Below are positions 41,218-49,903 of a stretch of 64,000 nucleotides of DNA, in pieces. The notes under the pieces were generated by a model that saw only the letters and a program-made list of their open reading frames with translations, had not been told where the DNA came from and made no database searches. The stretch is from Pseudomonadota bacterium (lineage in GTDB: Bacteria > Desulfobacterota > Desulfobulbia > Desulfobulbales > SURF-16): assembly GCA_018816555.1 (NCBI GenBank), contig JAHIVT010000086.1:36973-100972 (forward strand), in the 5' to 3' direction. Made by a program: the position numbers and the translations under genes. Positions within the stretch are counted from its first letter, which is position 1. Each line of letters begins with the position of its first letter.

Positions 41218-43005
41218 TTATTCGGTGAGTTTCGGCACAGTGCGGCATTCAAGAAAGATACGCTTGGTGCAGCGGGCGCAGATCTGTTTGTCAAGTTTGT
41301 CGAAAATCTCGGCAATGGCCTCGGCCTTGGATTCGTAAATATAATCCGTGCCGATATCAAACAGATAGCCCGCCAGCCTGAAATGAGTGCAGATCCCCTC
41401 CTTGATGTCGTAGAGGTACAGTCTGCCCCCTGCTTCCTCTTTCTCTTTGGCTAGATGGGCAAGGAACTCCGCTCCGGCCATATCGATGAAATTAATGCCG
41501 CTTGCCACCACCAGCAGATGTTTTTGCCCCGGATTCTCGCATTGCATCTCAAGCAGTCTCTCCTGAGCATGATTCACCGCCCCGAAATAGAGGGAGCCGT
41601 CGATACGCACTATTTTTAGCTGGGGACACTCCGGCAGTATGGGGTCGGTAACAAAAGCCCGTTCATTATGACGGGGGTCGGGAACCCTGGAGAGAAGGCG
41701 CGGGTGAGAGGTACGGTTCAGGTACATGACCAGTGACAGCATAACCCCCAGCAGGATGGCGAACTCAAGTTCCAGGAACAGGGTGGCGAAAAAGGTAGTG
41801 CACATGATGACGCTTTCGAGGCGGCTGGTCCTGAGTATCTTGGCGATATGGGGGAAATCGATCAGGCCCTTGGCTACCAGGAAAAGAATACCGGCCATTG
41901 CCGCGTTGGGGAGATATGCGGCAAGAGGCGCCACCAGGATGACCAGCAGAATGAGCAGACCGCCGGCAAAGATGGCGGCCAGGGGGGTTTTAGCCCCGGC
42001 CTGGTAGTTCAGCCCGCTGCGGTTGAATGAGCCGGTTGCCACATAGCCCGAGAAAAAACAGCCGACGATATTGGACAGCCCCTGGCCGATGAACTCCTGG
42101 TTGCCGTCCAGGTTCTGCCCGGTGCGGTCGGCCAGGGAACGGGCGATGGACACGGCCTCGGTAAGGGCAAACAGGGTTGTTGCCACCGCTGCCGGGGCCA
42201 GCATCCTGATATTGCCCAGGGTGAAATGGGGGGCCGACAGGGGAGGCAGGGTCTGCGGCAGGGCGCCCACAGAGGCAATATTGGCCACATCAGGTCCCAG
42301 CATGCGGTTCATGAGCAGGGCGGCAAGGCTGCCTATGAGCATGGAGACGATCATGTAGGGGAATTTCGGCCAGAAGCGCCTGACCAGCAGGCCGGAGATC
42401 AAGGTGATCACCCCCACGGCGGCGACATAGAGATTGATTTCGTGCCAGTGACTGATCACTCCGTAGATCGTCTCATGGAAATGCCTGGTGCGGGGCAGGA
42501 TGAGTCCCAGGAAATGTTTGAACTGACTGGAGGCAATGAGGATGGCCGCCCCGGCGGTGAAGCCCACCACCACGGAATGGGAAATAAAGTTGACCAGGAC
42601 GCCGAAACGGGCAAGGCCCATGACAAACTGGATGAGCCCCACCATCATGGTGAGCGTCAGGGCGAGCTGTACGTACTCCACGCTGCCCGGAGCGGCATGC
42701 ACGCTGAGCGATGAATAGAGGACGATGGATGCTGCGGTGGTGGGGCCGGAAACCAGCAGCCAGGATGAACCGAAAAGAGCGGCGACAATTGCCGGTACCA
42801 TGCCGGCATAAAGACCGTATTCAGGCGGCATGCCGGCGATGGTGGCAAAGGCCACCCCCTGGGGCAGGGCAACGATGGCGCCGGTGATGCCGGCGACGAG
42901 ATCAGCGCGAACCGTCCTGGTGGTGACATTGGGCCACCATTTCAGGAAGGGAAGAAAGTAACCCTGCCAGCCTTGCTGGTCTGCATGGCAACATTTTTGT
43001 TCCAT
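41218..43005 (-). CDS. SulP/SLC26 anion permease with STAS domain
   Basis: 'DLVAGITGA..ALPQGVAFA..AGMP..YGLY', 'NQEFIGQG', STAS 'RIDGSLYFG'. Confidence 0.92.
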   Translation of the reverse strand: MEQKCCHADQQGWQGYFLPFLKWWPNVTTRTVRADLVAGITGAIVALPQGVAFATIAGMPPEYGLYAGMVPAIVAALFGSSWLLVSGPTTAASIVLYSSLSVHAAPGSVEYVQLALTLTMMVGLIQFVMGLARFGVLVNFISHSVVVGFTAGAAILIASSQFKHFLGLILPRTRHFHETIYGVISHWHEINLYVAAVGVITLISGLLVRRFWPKFPYMIVSMLIGSLAALLMNRMLGPDVANIASVGALPQTLPPLSAPHFTLGNIRMLAPAAVATTLFALTEAVSIARSLADRTGQNLDGNQEFIGQGLSNIVGCFFSGYVATGSFNRSGLNYQAGAKTPLAAIFAGGLLILLVILVAPLAAYLPNAAMAGILFLVAKGLIDFPHIAKILRTSRLESVIMCTTFFATLFLELEFAILLGVMLSLVMYLNRTSHPRLLSRVPDPRHNERAFVTDPILPECPQLKIVRIDGSLYFGAVNHAQERLLEMQCENPGQKHLLVVASGINFIDMAGAEFLAHLAKEKEEAGGRLYLYDIKEGICTHFRLAGYLFDIGTDYIYESKAEAIAEIFDKLDKQICARCTKRIFLECRTVPKLTE

Positions 43006-43219
43006 TTCATCCGCCGGATAAGGAGAACATTATGTAATGACGTTTGTCGATATGACGAGAATCAGAGGGTTCTAAGCTGTCAGCCTGCCCGGTTGTTTGC
43101 ATGATGCCTGACTTGACAGGTTAATTCTTTATAGTATATCACACAGATGAAGGCAAGAGGCAATCAAAGGAAATTTTTCTTGAAAATGAATGCTTTACTA
43201 TCTCTAGACAAGGGAGGAA

Positions 43220-45847
43220 ATGTGGGGCAAAGCTGTAGGCGGGTTGACAGTGGAAGCAGATAAGGAGCAGCGTATTTCCGCAAACACTGCCCGGAAAATC
43301 AAAACGATCATCGCCCCGCTGGTGGCCTTGACCCTTTTTCTGCTGGCCATCATGATTCTGCACCGAATTGTTGCGCACTATCATGTCGCCCAGATCCGCA
43401 AGGCTTTCCACACCATTGCCCCGCCGCAGCTTTTGCTCTGCTGCGCCTTTTCCTGCCTGAGCTACCTGGCGCTCAGCATATACGATTTCCTGGCCTGGCG
43501 GTATATCGACAGGCAGCTGTCCTACCCCAAAATCCTGCTCACCTCTTTTCTCAGCTATGCCTTTGCCAACAATACCGGCAGCCTGGCCATCATCGCCAGC
43601 GGCACCGTGCGTTACCGCCTGTACGGCGGCTGGGGACTTTCCGGCGAGGAGGTGGGGCGGATCATGGGTTTTTGTCTGGTGACCTTCTGGCTCGGCTTTC
43701 TGTGTCTCGGCGGCTGGGCCTTTGTGCTGGAACCCCTCTCCCTGCCTCCTGAGCTGCACCTGCCGGAGCATTTTTCGGTGATGCCGGTGGGCATACTGTT
43801 TCTGGCCATGGTTGCCGTCTATCTGCTTGCCTGCCTCTTCATCAAAAAACCTCTGCTGATCAGAGGCGTTGAGGTATTTCTGCCGCGGCCTGCCCTGGCT
43901 CTGGGGCAGATAGCGGTTGCCGTGGCGGATTTTCTTTTCATCTGCGCCGCGCTGTATGTGCTGCTGCCGCACTCCGACCCGTTGCCATTCGCCGTTTTTG
44001 TCGGCCTCTATCTGCTGGCGCTTATTGCAGGGCTTATCAGCAATGTGCCCGGCGGGCTTGGAGTTTTCGAATCACTGATGGTCCTTATGCTGGCGCCGTT
44101 TACCGCCGGTCCGCCGGTGATCGCCGCCCTGCTGGTGTTCCGGGGGATTTACTATCTGCTGCCCCTGGGGCTTGCGGCCCTGCTGCTGGGAGGCATGGAG
44201 CTGCATCGGCGCAGGAGCGGCCTTGTCCGGCTGGCCACGGGCCTGAACCGGGTTACCTCCATGCTGGTGCCGCAGATCATGGCCCTGGCCACCTTTGCGG
44301 CCGGTGCGGTGCTGCTTTTTTCCGGCACCATGCCGGCGGAGGGATCCCGTCTTGCCTGGCTCGGGGAAATTGTTCCCCTGCCGGTGGTGGAATTGTCCCA
44401 TTTTTTCGGCAGTGTGGCCGGCATGGGACTGCTGATTCTGGCCGCCGGTCTGCGACAAAGGCTGGATATGGCCTATTTTCTTTCCCTGATCCTGCTGGCT
44501 GCCGGCATCCTGTTCTCGCTGCTCAAGGGGCTTGATTATGAAGAGGCCGTCTGGCTGGCTGCCATGCTCTTTGCCCTGTACAGCAGCAGGTCCCAGTTCT
44601 ATCGGCGCACCTCTTTTTTTGCCGAACCCTTTTCCGCCGGCTGGTTTGCCGCCGTTTTCATCGTCCTGAGCGGCAGTATCTGGCTCGGTTTTTTTGTCTA
44701 TCGCCACGACAGCTATGCCAATGAACTGTGGTGGCGTTTTGCCCTGCACGGCGACGCCCCCAGGTTTCTGCGGGCCACGGTGGGGGCGGTGGCGGTCATG
44801 CTGGCATTTGCCGTGATCCGTCTGTTTAGGCCCTATCAGCCGCCTTCAGCCGCACCCACCGCCGAAGAGCTTGCAGAGGTTGCCGCCCTGTGCCGGCGGT
44901 CAACAAATACCACTGCCTGTCTTGCCCTGCTGGGGGATAAGTCCTTTCTTTTCAGTGACAGCAGGGATGCCTTCCTCATGTATGCGGTCAAGGGCAGAAG
45001 CTGGATCGTCATGGGCAATCCCATCGGACCGGAACTGGAGGCGGATGAACTTGTCTGGCGGTTCAGAAGTCTCTGTGACACCTATGGCGGCTGGCCGGTG
45101 TTCTATGAGGTGGGCAAGAATCATCTGGCCAGATATATCGATCTGGGTCTGAACGCCGTAAAAATAGGGGAGGAGGGCCGGGTGCCCCTGGCGAATTTCA
45201 CCCTGGCCGGCAGTGGCAAAAGAACCCTGCGCTACATTCACAACCGGCTTACCAAGGAGGGATATGTTGTCGATATCATTTCTGTAGAAGGTGTTCAGCC
45301 ATTGCTGCCCGAGATGAAAGCCGTATCCGCTGCCTGGCTGGCCAATAAAAATACCCAGGAAAAAGGTTTTTCCCTGGGGTTTTTCGATGAAAAGTATCTG
45401 TCCCATTTTCCTGTGGCAGTGGTGCGAAAGGAGGGCAGAATGCTCGCCTTTGCCAACCTCTGGCCCGGGGCAGAGCAGCATGAGCTGTCCATCGATCTGA
45501 TGCGCTATCTGCCCGAAGCACCCCAGGGCATCATGGATTTTCTCTTTATTGAGATCATGCTGCAGGGCCGGGAGCTGGGCTACCAGTGGTTCAGACTGGG
45601 CATGGCACCCCTTGCCGGACTTGAGTACCGCAGAATCTCCCCCCTGTGGAGCAATATCGGCGCCTTTGTCTATCGCCACGGTGAACATTTTTATAATTTC
45701 AAGGGACTGCGGGAATACAAGGACAAATTTGACCCGGTATGGGAACCCAGATATCTTGTTTTCCCGGCCGGCTACCATCTGCCGGTAATTTTTGCCAATC
45801 TCACCTCGTTGATCAGCGGTGGTCTGAAGGGGGTTTTGACGAAATGA
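43220..45847 (+). CDS. mprF: Bifunctional aminoacyl-phosphatidylglycerol synthase/flippase MprF
   Basis: 'PGGLGVFE', many TMs, 'EKGFSLG', 'DLMRY', 'LGMAPL', 'FYNFKGLREYKDKF'; start may be GTG 43250. Confidence 0.92.
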   Translation: MWGKAVGGLTVEADKEQRISANTARKIKTIIAPLVALTLFLLAIMILHRIVAHYHVAQIRKAFHTIAPPQLLLCCAFSCLSYLALSIYDFLAWRYIDRQLSYPKILLTSFLSYAFANNTGSLAIIASGTVRYRLYGGWGLSGEEVGRIMGFCLVTFWLGFLCLGGWAFVLEPLSLPPELHLPEHFSVMPVGILFLAMVAVYLLACLFIKKPLLIRGVEVFLPRPALALGQIAVAVADFLFICAALYVLLPHSDPLPFAVFVGLYLLALIAGLISNVPGGLGVFESLMVLMLAPFTAGPPVIAALLVFRGIYYLLPLGLAALLLGGMELHRRRSGLVRLATGLNRVTSMLVPQIMALATFAAGAVLLFSGTMPAEGSRLAWLGEIVPLPVVELSHFFGSVAGMGLLILAAGLRQRLDMAYFLSLILLAAGILFSLLKGLDYEEAVWLAAMLFALYSSRSQFYRRTSFFAEPFSAGWFAAVFIVLSGSIWLGFFVYRHDSYANELWWRFALHGDAPRFLRATVGAVAVMLAFAVIRLFRPYQPPSAAPTAEELAEVAALCRRSTNTTACLALLGDKSFLFSDSRDAFLMYAVKGRSWIVMGNPIGPELEADELVWRFRSLCDTYGGWPVFYEVGKNHLARYIDLGLNAVKIGEEGRVPLANFTLAGSGKRTLRYIHNRLTKEGYVVDIISVEGVQPLLPEMKAVSAAWLANKNTQEKGFSLGFFDEKYLSHFPVAVVRKEGRMLAFANLWPGAEQHELSIDLMRYLPEAPQGIMDFLFIEIMLQGRELGYQWFRLGMAPLAGLEYRRISPLWSNIGAFVYRHGEHFYNFKGLREYKDKFDPVWEPRYLVFPAGYHLPVIFANLTSLISGGLKGVLTK

Positions 45848-46004
45848 ATTTTCGTCGGCGGATACCCCTCCAGGGGAAGAGGTCTCTGCTGTGAAAGAGT
45901 GGTTGTTTGGTCTCTCAACAGGTCAGGCTATTGAAAAAGTTGCCCACATGGGATAATGAGGAATGCATCATCCTGAACAAACAGCAAAGCAGAACTGAGG
46001 GAAA

Positions 46005-46541
46005 ATGCAGGATCGGCCACTTTATATATATTTGCGGGCAATCTGCCGGGCCATCGACGGGGTCAATTTCTGGCTGGGTCGGGGAGTTGCCTGGCTGACC
46101 GTGCTGGTGGTGCTGGTGGTTTTCGCCAACGTGCTGCTGCGCTATCTGCTGCACAGCAGTTTTGTCTTCATGCAGGAGCTGGAGTGGCATCTTTTTGCCA
46201 TGATTTTTCTGCTGGGCGGGGGCTATACCCTGCTTCAGGACGGCCACGTGCGGGTGGATATCTTTTATCAGCGTTTAAGCCCCAGGGGAAGGGCCTGGCT
46301 GAATCTTATGGGCGTGCTGCTTTTTTTGCTGCCCGGCTGTTATCTGGTTATCAGTACGGCAATGCCCTTTGCCAACTCTTCCCTGCAGATGATGGAGGGA
46401 TCGCCTGATCCGGGCGGCATGCCCTATCGTTTTATTTTAAAATCCATGATTCCCCTGGGATTTCTGCTCATTGCCCTGCAGGGTGTGGCCCTGGGCCTCA
46501 GAAGCGTGCTGACCATCGCCGGAGGGGAAATTGACGGATAA
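46005..46541 (+). CDS. dctQ: TRAP transporter small permease
   Basis: 'QELEWHL', 'HVRVDIFY', 4 TMs. Confidence 0.9.
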   Translation: MQDRPLYIYLRAICRAIDGVNFWLGRGVAWLTVLVVLVVFANVLLRYLLHSSFVFMQELEWHLFAMIFLLGGGYTLLQDGHVRVDIFYQRLSPRGRAWLNLMGVLLFLLPGCYLVISTAMPFANSSLQMMEGSPDPGGMPYRFILKSMIPLGFLLIALQGVALGLRSVLTIAGGEIDG

Positions 46542-46571
46542 ACGCCTTCTCATACAGGGGTTGCCACGCTG

Positions 46572-47873
46572 ATGTTTGTCGATCTCCTGCCCCTGTGGAT
46601 GTTTGTTGTGCTCACCGTGCTGCTCATGGCCGGCTTCCCGGTGGCCTTCACCCTGCTCGGCACCTCCCTCTGTTTCGGCCTCATCGGTTTCGGCTGGGGA
46701 TTTTTCAACCTGCTGCCCCTGCGTATCTGGGGCATTATGACCAACGGCACCCTGCTGGCCGTTCCCCTGTTTATCTTCATGGGTGTCATGCTGGAACGCT
46801 CCGGTCTGGCCGAGGAGCTGCTCGATACCATGGGCATGCTTTTCGGCCGCATCAAAGGCGGGCTTGCCGTATCCGTGGTTATTGTCGGCGCTCTGCTCGG
46901 GGCCTCCACCGGCATTGTCGGGGCCACGGTGGTGACCATGGGTCTGCTTGCCGTGCCCACCATGCTCAAACGGGGTTACAGCACGGAGCTGGCCTGCGGC
47001 ACGGTGGCGGCCTCCGGCACCCTGGGCCAGATCATCCCGCCCAGCATTGTGCTTATTCTGATCGGTGATATTGTCGGGGTGCCGGTGGGGGATCTTTTTC
47101 TCGGCGCGGTGCTGCCGGGCTTTGTGCTGGTCGGCCTTTATATTGTCTATATCCTGATTTACGCCAGGCTCAAACCAGCCAGCGCCCCGACCATTGCCTG
47201 GGATGATGGGCAGGGGTTGATATGGAGCAGGGTGGCCAAGGCCCTCTTCCCCTCGCTTATTCTCATGGTGGGAGTGTTGGGGTCCATTTTCGCCGGTATC
47301 GCCTCGCCCACCGAGGCGGCGGCGGTGGGCGCCGTGGGGGCCACCTGTCTGGCCCTGGTCCATGGCGGGTTTTCCGTCAAAATGGTTGACGAGGTGGCCC
47401 GGTCAACCATGCAGCTCACCTCCATGGTCTTTATCGTTCTGGTGGGCGCTGCCGCCTTTGGCCTGGTTTTCCGGGGGACCGGCGGCGACGGCCTGGTGCG
47501 CCACGCACTCGGCACTCTGTCTGCGGGTCTTGGACCGTGGTCCGTGCTGGCGATTGTCATGCTTTTTATTTTTGTCATCGGTTTTTTTCTTGATTTCATC
47601 GAAATCACCTTTATCCATGTGCCGGTGCTTGCCCCGGTGATGATTGATCTGGGCATTGATCCCCTGTGGCTCTGCATCCTGATTGCGGTCAATCTGCAGA
47701 CGTCTTTTCTTACCCCGCCTTTCGGGTTTTCCCTTTTTTATCTGCGGGCGGTTTCGCCGCCCGGCGTGACCACCGCCCATATTTACCGAGGTATCATACC
47801 CTTTGTCCTGTTGCAGCTTGTCGGTCTGCTGCTGGTTTTCTTTTTTCCCGGCCTGGTCACCTGCCTGCTGTAA
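46572..47873 (+). CDS. dctM: TRAP transporter large permease
   Basis: 'GTLGQIIPPS', 'SPTEAAAVG', 'SFLTPPFG'. Confidence 0.92.
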   Translation: MFVDLLPLWMFVVLTVLLMAGFPVAFTLLGTSLCFGLIGFGWGFFNLLPLRIWGIMTNGTLLAVPLFIFMGVMLERSGLAEELLDTMGMLFGRIKGGLAVSVVIVGALLGASTGIVGATVVTMGLLAVPTMLKRGYSTELACGTVAASGTLGQIIPPSIVLILIGDIVGVPVGDLFLGAVLPGFVLVGLYIVYILIYARLKPASAPTIAWDDGQGLIWSRVAKALFPSLILMVGVLGSIFAGIASPTEAAAVGAVGATCLALVHGGFSVKMVDEVARSTMQLTSMVFIVLVGAAAFGLVFRGTGGDGLVRHALGTLSAGLGPWSVLAIVMLFIFVIGFFLDFIEITFIHVPVLAPVMIDLGIDPLWLCILIAVNLQTSFLTPPFGFSLFYLRAVSPPGVTTAHIYRGIIPFVLLQLVGLLLVFFFPGLVTCLL

Positions 47874-48145
47874 AGAAAGACGTTTTTCTCCCCACATCGT
47901 GCTAAATTTACACGATAATTCACTTGAAAAGCAGACATCTATGGTGTAGTTGATACTAAGCGAATTCCGGTGCTGACGAGGACGGTTCCGGGCTGCTGCA
48001 ACAAATCAAAAGGAGATGGAATACTCTGCCCGGGAAGGAGTTGCTGCCCTGGTTTGCTGAAAGAATTGCTGTGCGATATGCATGGTCGAGGATTTGAATT
48101 GAGAAAAATGGGGTGAAGTGAAAATTTTTTGATGAGGGAAGGGGA

Positions 48146-48457
48146 ATGACGAGCAATTTGAACGATAATATGTCAGATGGCAGGCTTGCCCAGAGAATTT
48201 CTGCTGAAAAATTTGCTGAAAATTCTCCGATGTCACTGACCATCCGTAATGTGAGAATGGAAACAGTGGAGGCTACCCTGTTAAATATCAGCGAAACGGG
48301 TATGGCTGTCTTAAGCGATCATGAACTTGTCCTCGGACAGCTGGTAAGTATAGCGACTAACTTTAAAAATAAAATTCCTCATAAGGCCGTGGTCATGTGG
48401 TCATGCAAGGATGACAACCGCTATCGCGCCGGATTAAGGTTTGTCAGCTCCTTGTGA
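48146..48457 (+). CDS. Stand-alone PilZ-like domain protein
   Basis: 'RLAQR', 'NISETG', 'V.W', 'YRAGLRF'. Confidence 0.7.
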   Translation: MTSNLNDNMSDGRLAQRISAEKFAENSPMSLTIRNVRMETVEATLLNISETGMAVLSDHELVLGQLVSIATNFKNKIPHKAVVMWSCKDDNRYRAGLRFVSSL

Positions 48458-48668
48458 TTGTTCTTTGCCAAATCGTTAGCAGTCCGGCCTGATTTTCCGC
48501 CCATCATTTACGGGAAGTTGGGCTTTTTTTTTTGACCATTAACCGGTTCCAGTCGGAGGATTTCCGGGAAGTCCAAGATATCTCCGTGATGTGGCTGAAA
48601 CAGGGTGTAAGCAGTTTTTTCTGATCTGCCTGAAATCAGAAAATATTCCGTAATGGAGCGACAACAGT

Positions 48669-49751
48669 ATGGAACGACGAGATTTTTTAAAAAAAGCAGG
48701 TGCGGCGGCCCTGTGCACCGCCGGCGCAGCAACCCTGAAAACGCCGGCAGCGTGGGCCAAAGGCGAAAAGTTTGTCTGGAATATGGTGACCACCTGGCCG
48801 CCCAGCATGACGGTTCTCCAGACCGGGGCGCAACGTTTTGCCGATAGAATTAAAGAGATGAGCGAGGGTCGGCTGCAGATTCAGGTCTATGCCGGGGGAG
48901 AGCTGGTGCCGCCCATGGAGGTGTTTGAGGCGGTTTCCGGCGGCACGGTGCAGCTCGGCAGCGGGGCTTCCTACTACTGGGCGGGCAAGGTGCCGGCGGC
49001 CCAGTGGTTTACCTCCGTTCCCTTCGGCCTCAACGCCCAGGGCATGAACGCCTGGCTTGGCAGCGGCGGCCTCAAGCTGTGGGAGGAGATCTATGAGCCT
49101 TTTAACCTGGTCCCCCGGCCCTTCGGTAATACCGGTATGCAGATGGGCGGCTGGTTTCGCAAGGAGATCAACTCGGTGGATGATTTCAAGGGGCTGAAAA
49201 TGCGCATCCCCGGTCTGGGCGGCAAGGTGGTGGCCAAGGCCGGCGGCACTGTGGTGCTGAAGCCTGCTGCCGAGATTTTCACCAGTCTGGAACGCGGGGT
49301 GATTGACGCCACCGAATGGGTGGGGCCGCTGCATGATCTGCGTATGGGCTTTTACAAGGCCGCTCCCTACTACTATTATCCGGGCTGGCATGAGCCGGGC
49401 AGCACACTTGAGTTACTGATCAATAAACAGGCCTATCTCTCCCTGCCCAAGGATCTGCAGATGCTGGTGGACTGTGCGGCCGCGGAATGCAATATCTGGA
49501 CATTGAATGAATTTGAGGCCGGCAACGGGGCGGCATTGAAGGAACTGGTGGAAAAACACAAGGTACAGGTACGCCGTTTTCCGGATTCACTGCTGCGCAC
49601 CTTAAAAAAACTGTCCGATGAGACCCTGGAAGAGGAGGCTGCCAAGGAAGAAACATCCCAGCGGGTCCATACGGCCTTCAAGAAATTTCAAAAGGAAATC
49701 GGCGGCTGGGGAGCGATTTCCGAGAAGGCCTATTACGAACTCATCGCCTGA
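48669..49751 (+). CDS. dctP: TRAP substrate-binding protein (TakP-like), Tat-exported
   Basis: 'ERRDFLK' twin-arginine signal; 'GNTGMQMGGWF', 'KMRIPG', 'YPGWHEP'. Confidence 0.92.
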   Translation: MERRDFLKKAGAAALCTAGAATLKTPAAWAKGEKFVWNMVTTWPPSMTVLQTGAQRFADRIKEMSEGRLQIQVYAGGELVPPMEVFEAVSGGTVQLGSGASYYWAGKVPAAQWFTSVPFGLNAQGMNAWLGSGGLKLWEEIYEPFNLVPRPFGNTGMQMGGWFRKEINSVDDFKGLKMRIPGLGGKVVAKAGGTVVLKPAAEIFTSLERGVIDATEWVGPLHDLRMGFYKAAPYYYYPGWHEPGSTLELLINKQAYLSLPKDLQMLVDCAAAECNIWTLNEFEAGNGAALKELVEKHKVQVRRFPDSLLRTLKKLSDETLEEEAAKEETSQRVHTAFKKFQKEIGGWGAISEKAYYELIA

Positions 49752-49798
49752 TTTTCCGGTAAATGTAATCCCGATGGGCTCATATTTATGCCGATACA

Positions 49799-49824
49799 AG
49801 GGGCGGTTCGCGAACCGCCCCTAC
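49799..49824 (-). repeat. GTAG-type REP palindrome
   Basis: Minus strand GTAGGGGCGGTTCGCGAACCGCCCCT; perfect 24-bp palindrome. Confidence 0.7.
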
Positions 49825-49903
49825 ACGTACCGTCCGTAAAGTCTTTAATTTACAGTTATTATTATAAGATCAACAACCTTCTTTGCTGCAAACAGGAGCC
49901 GGC

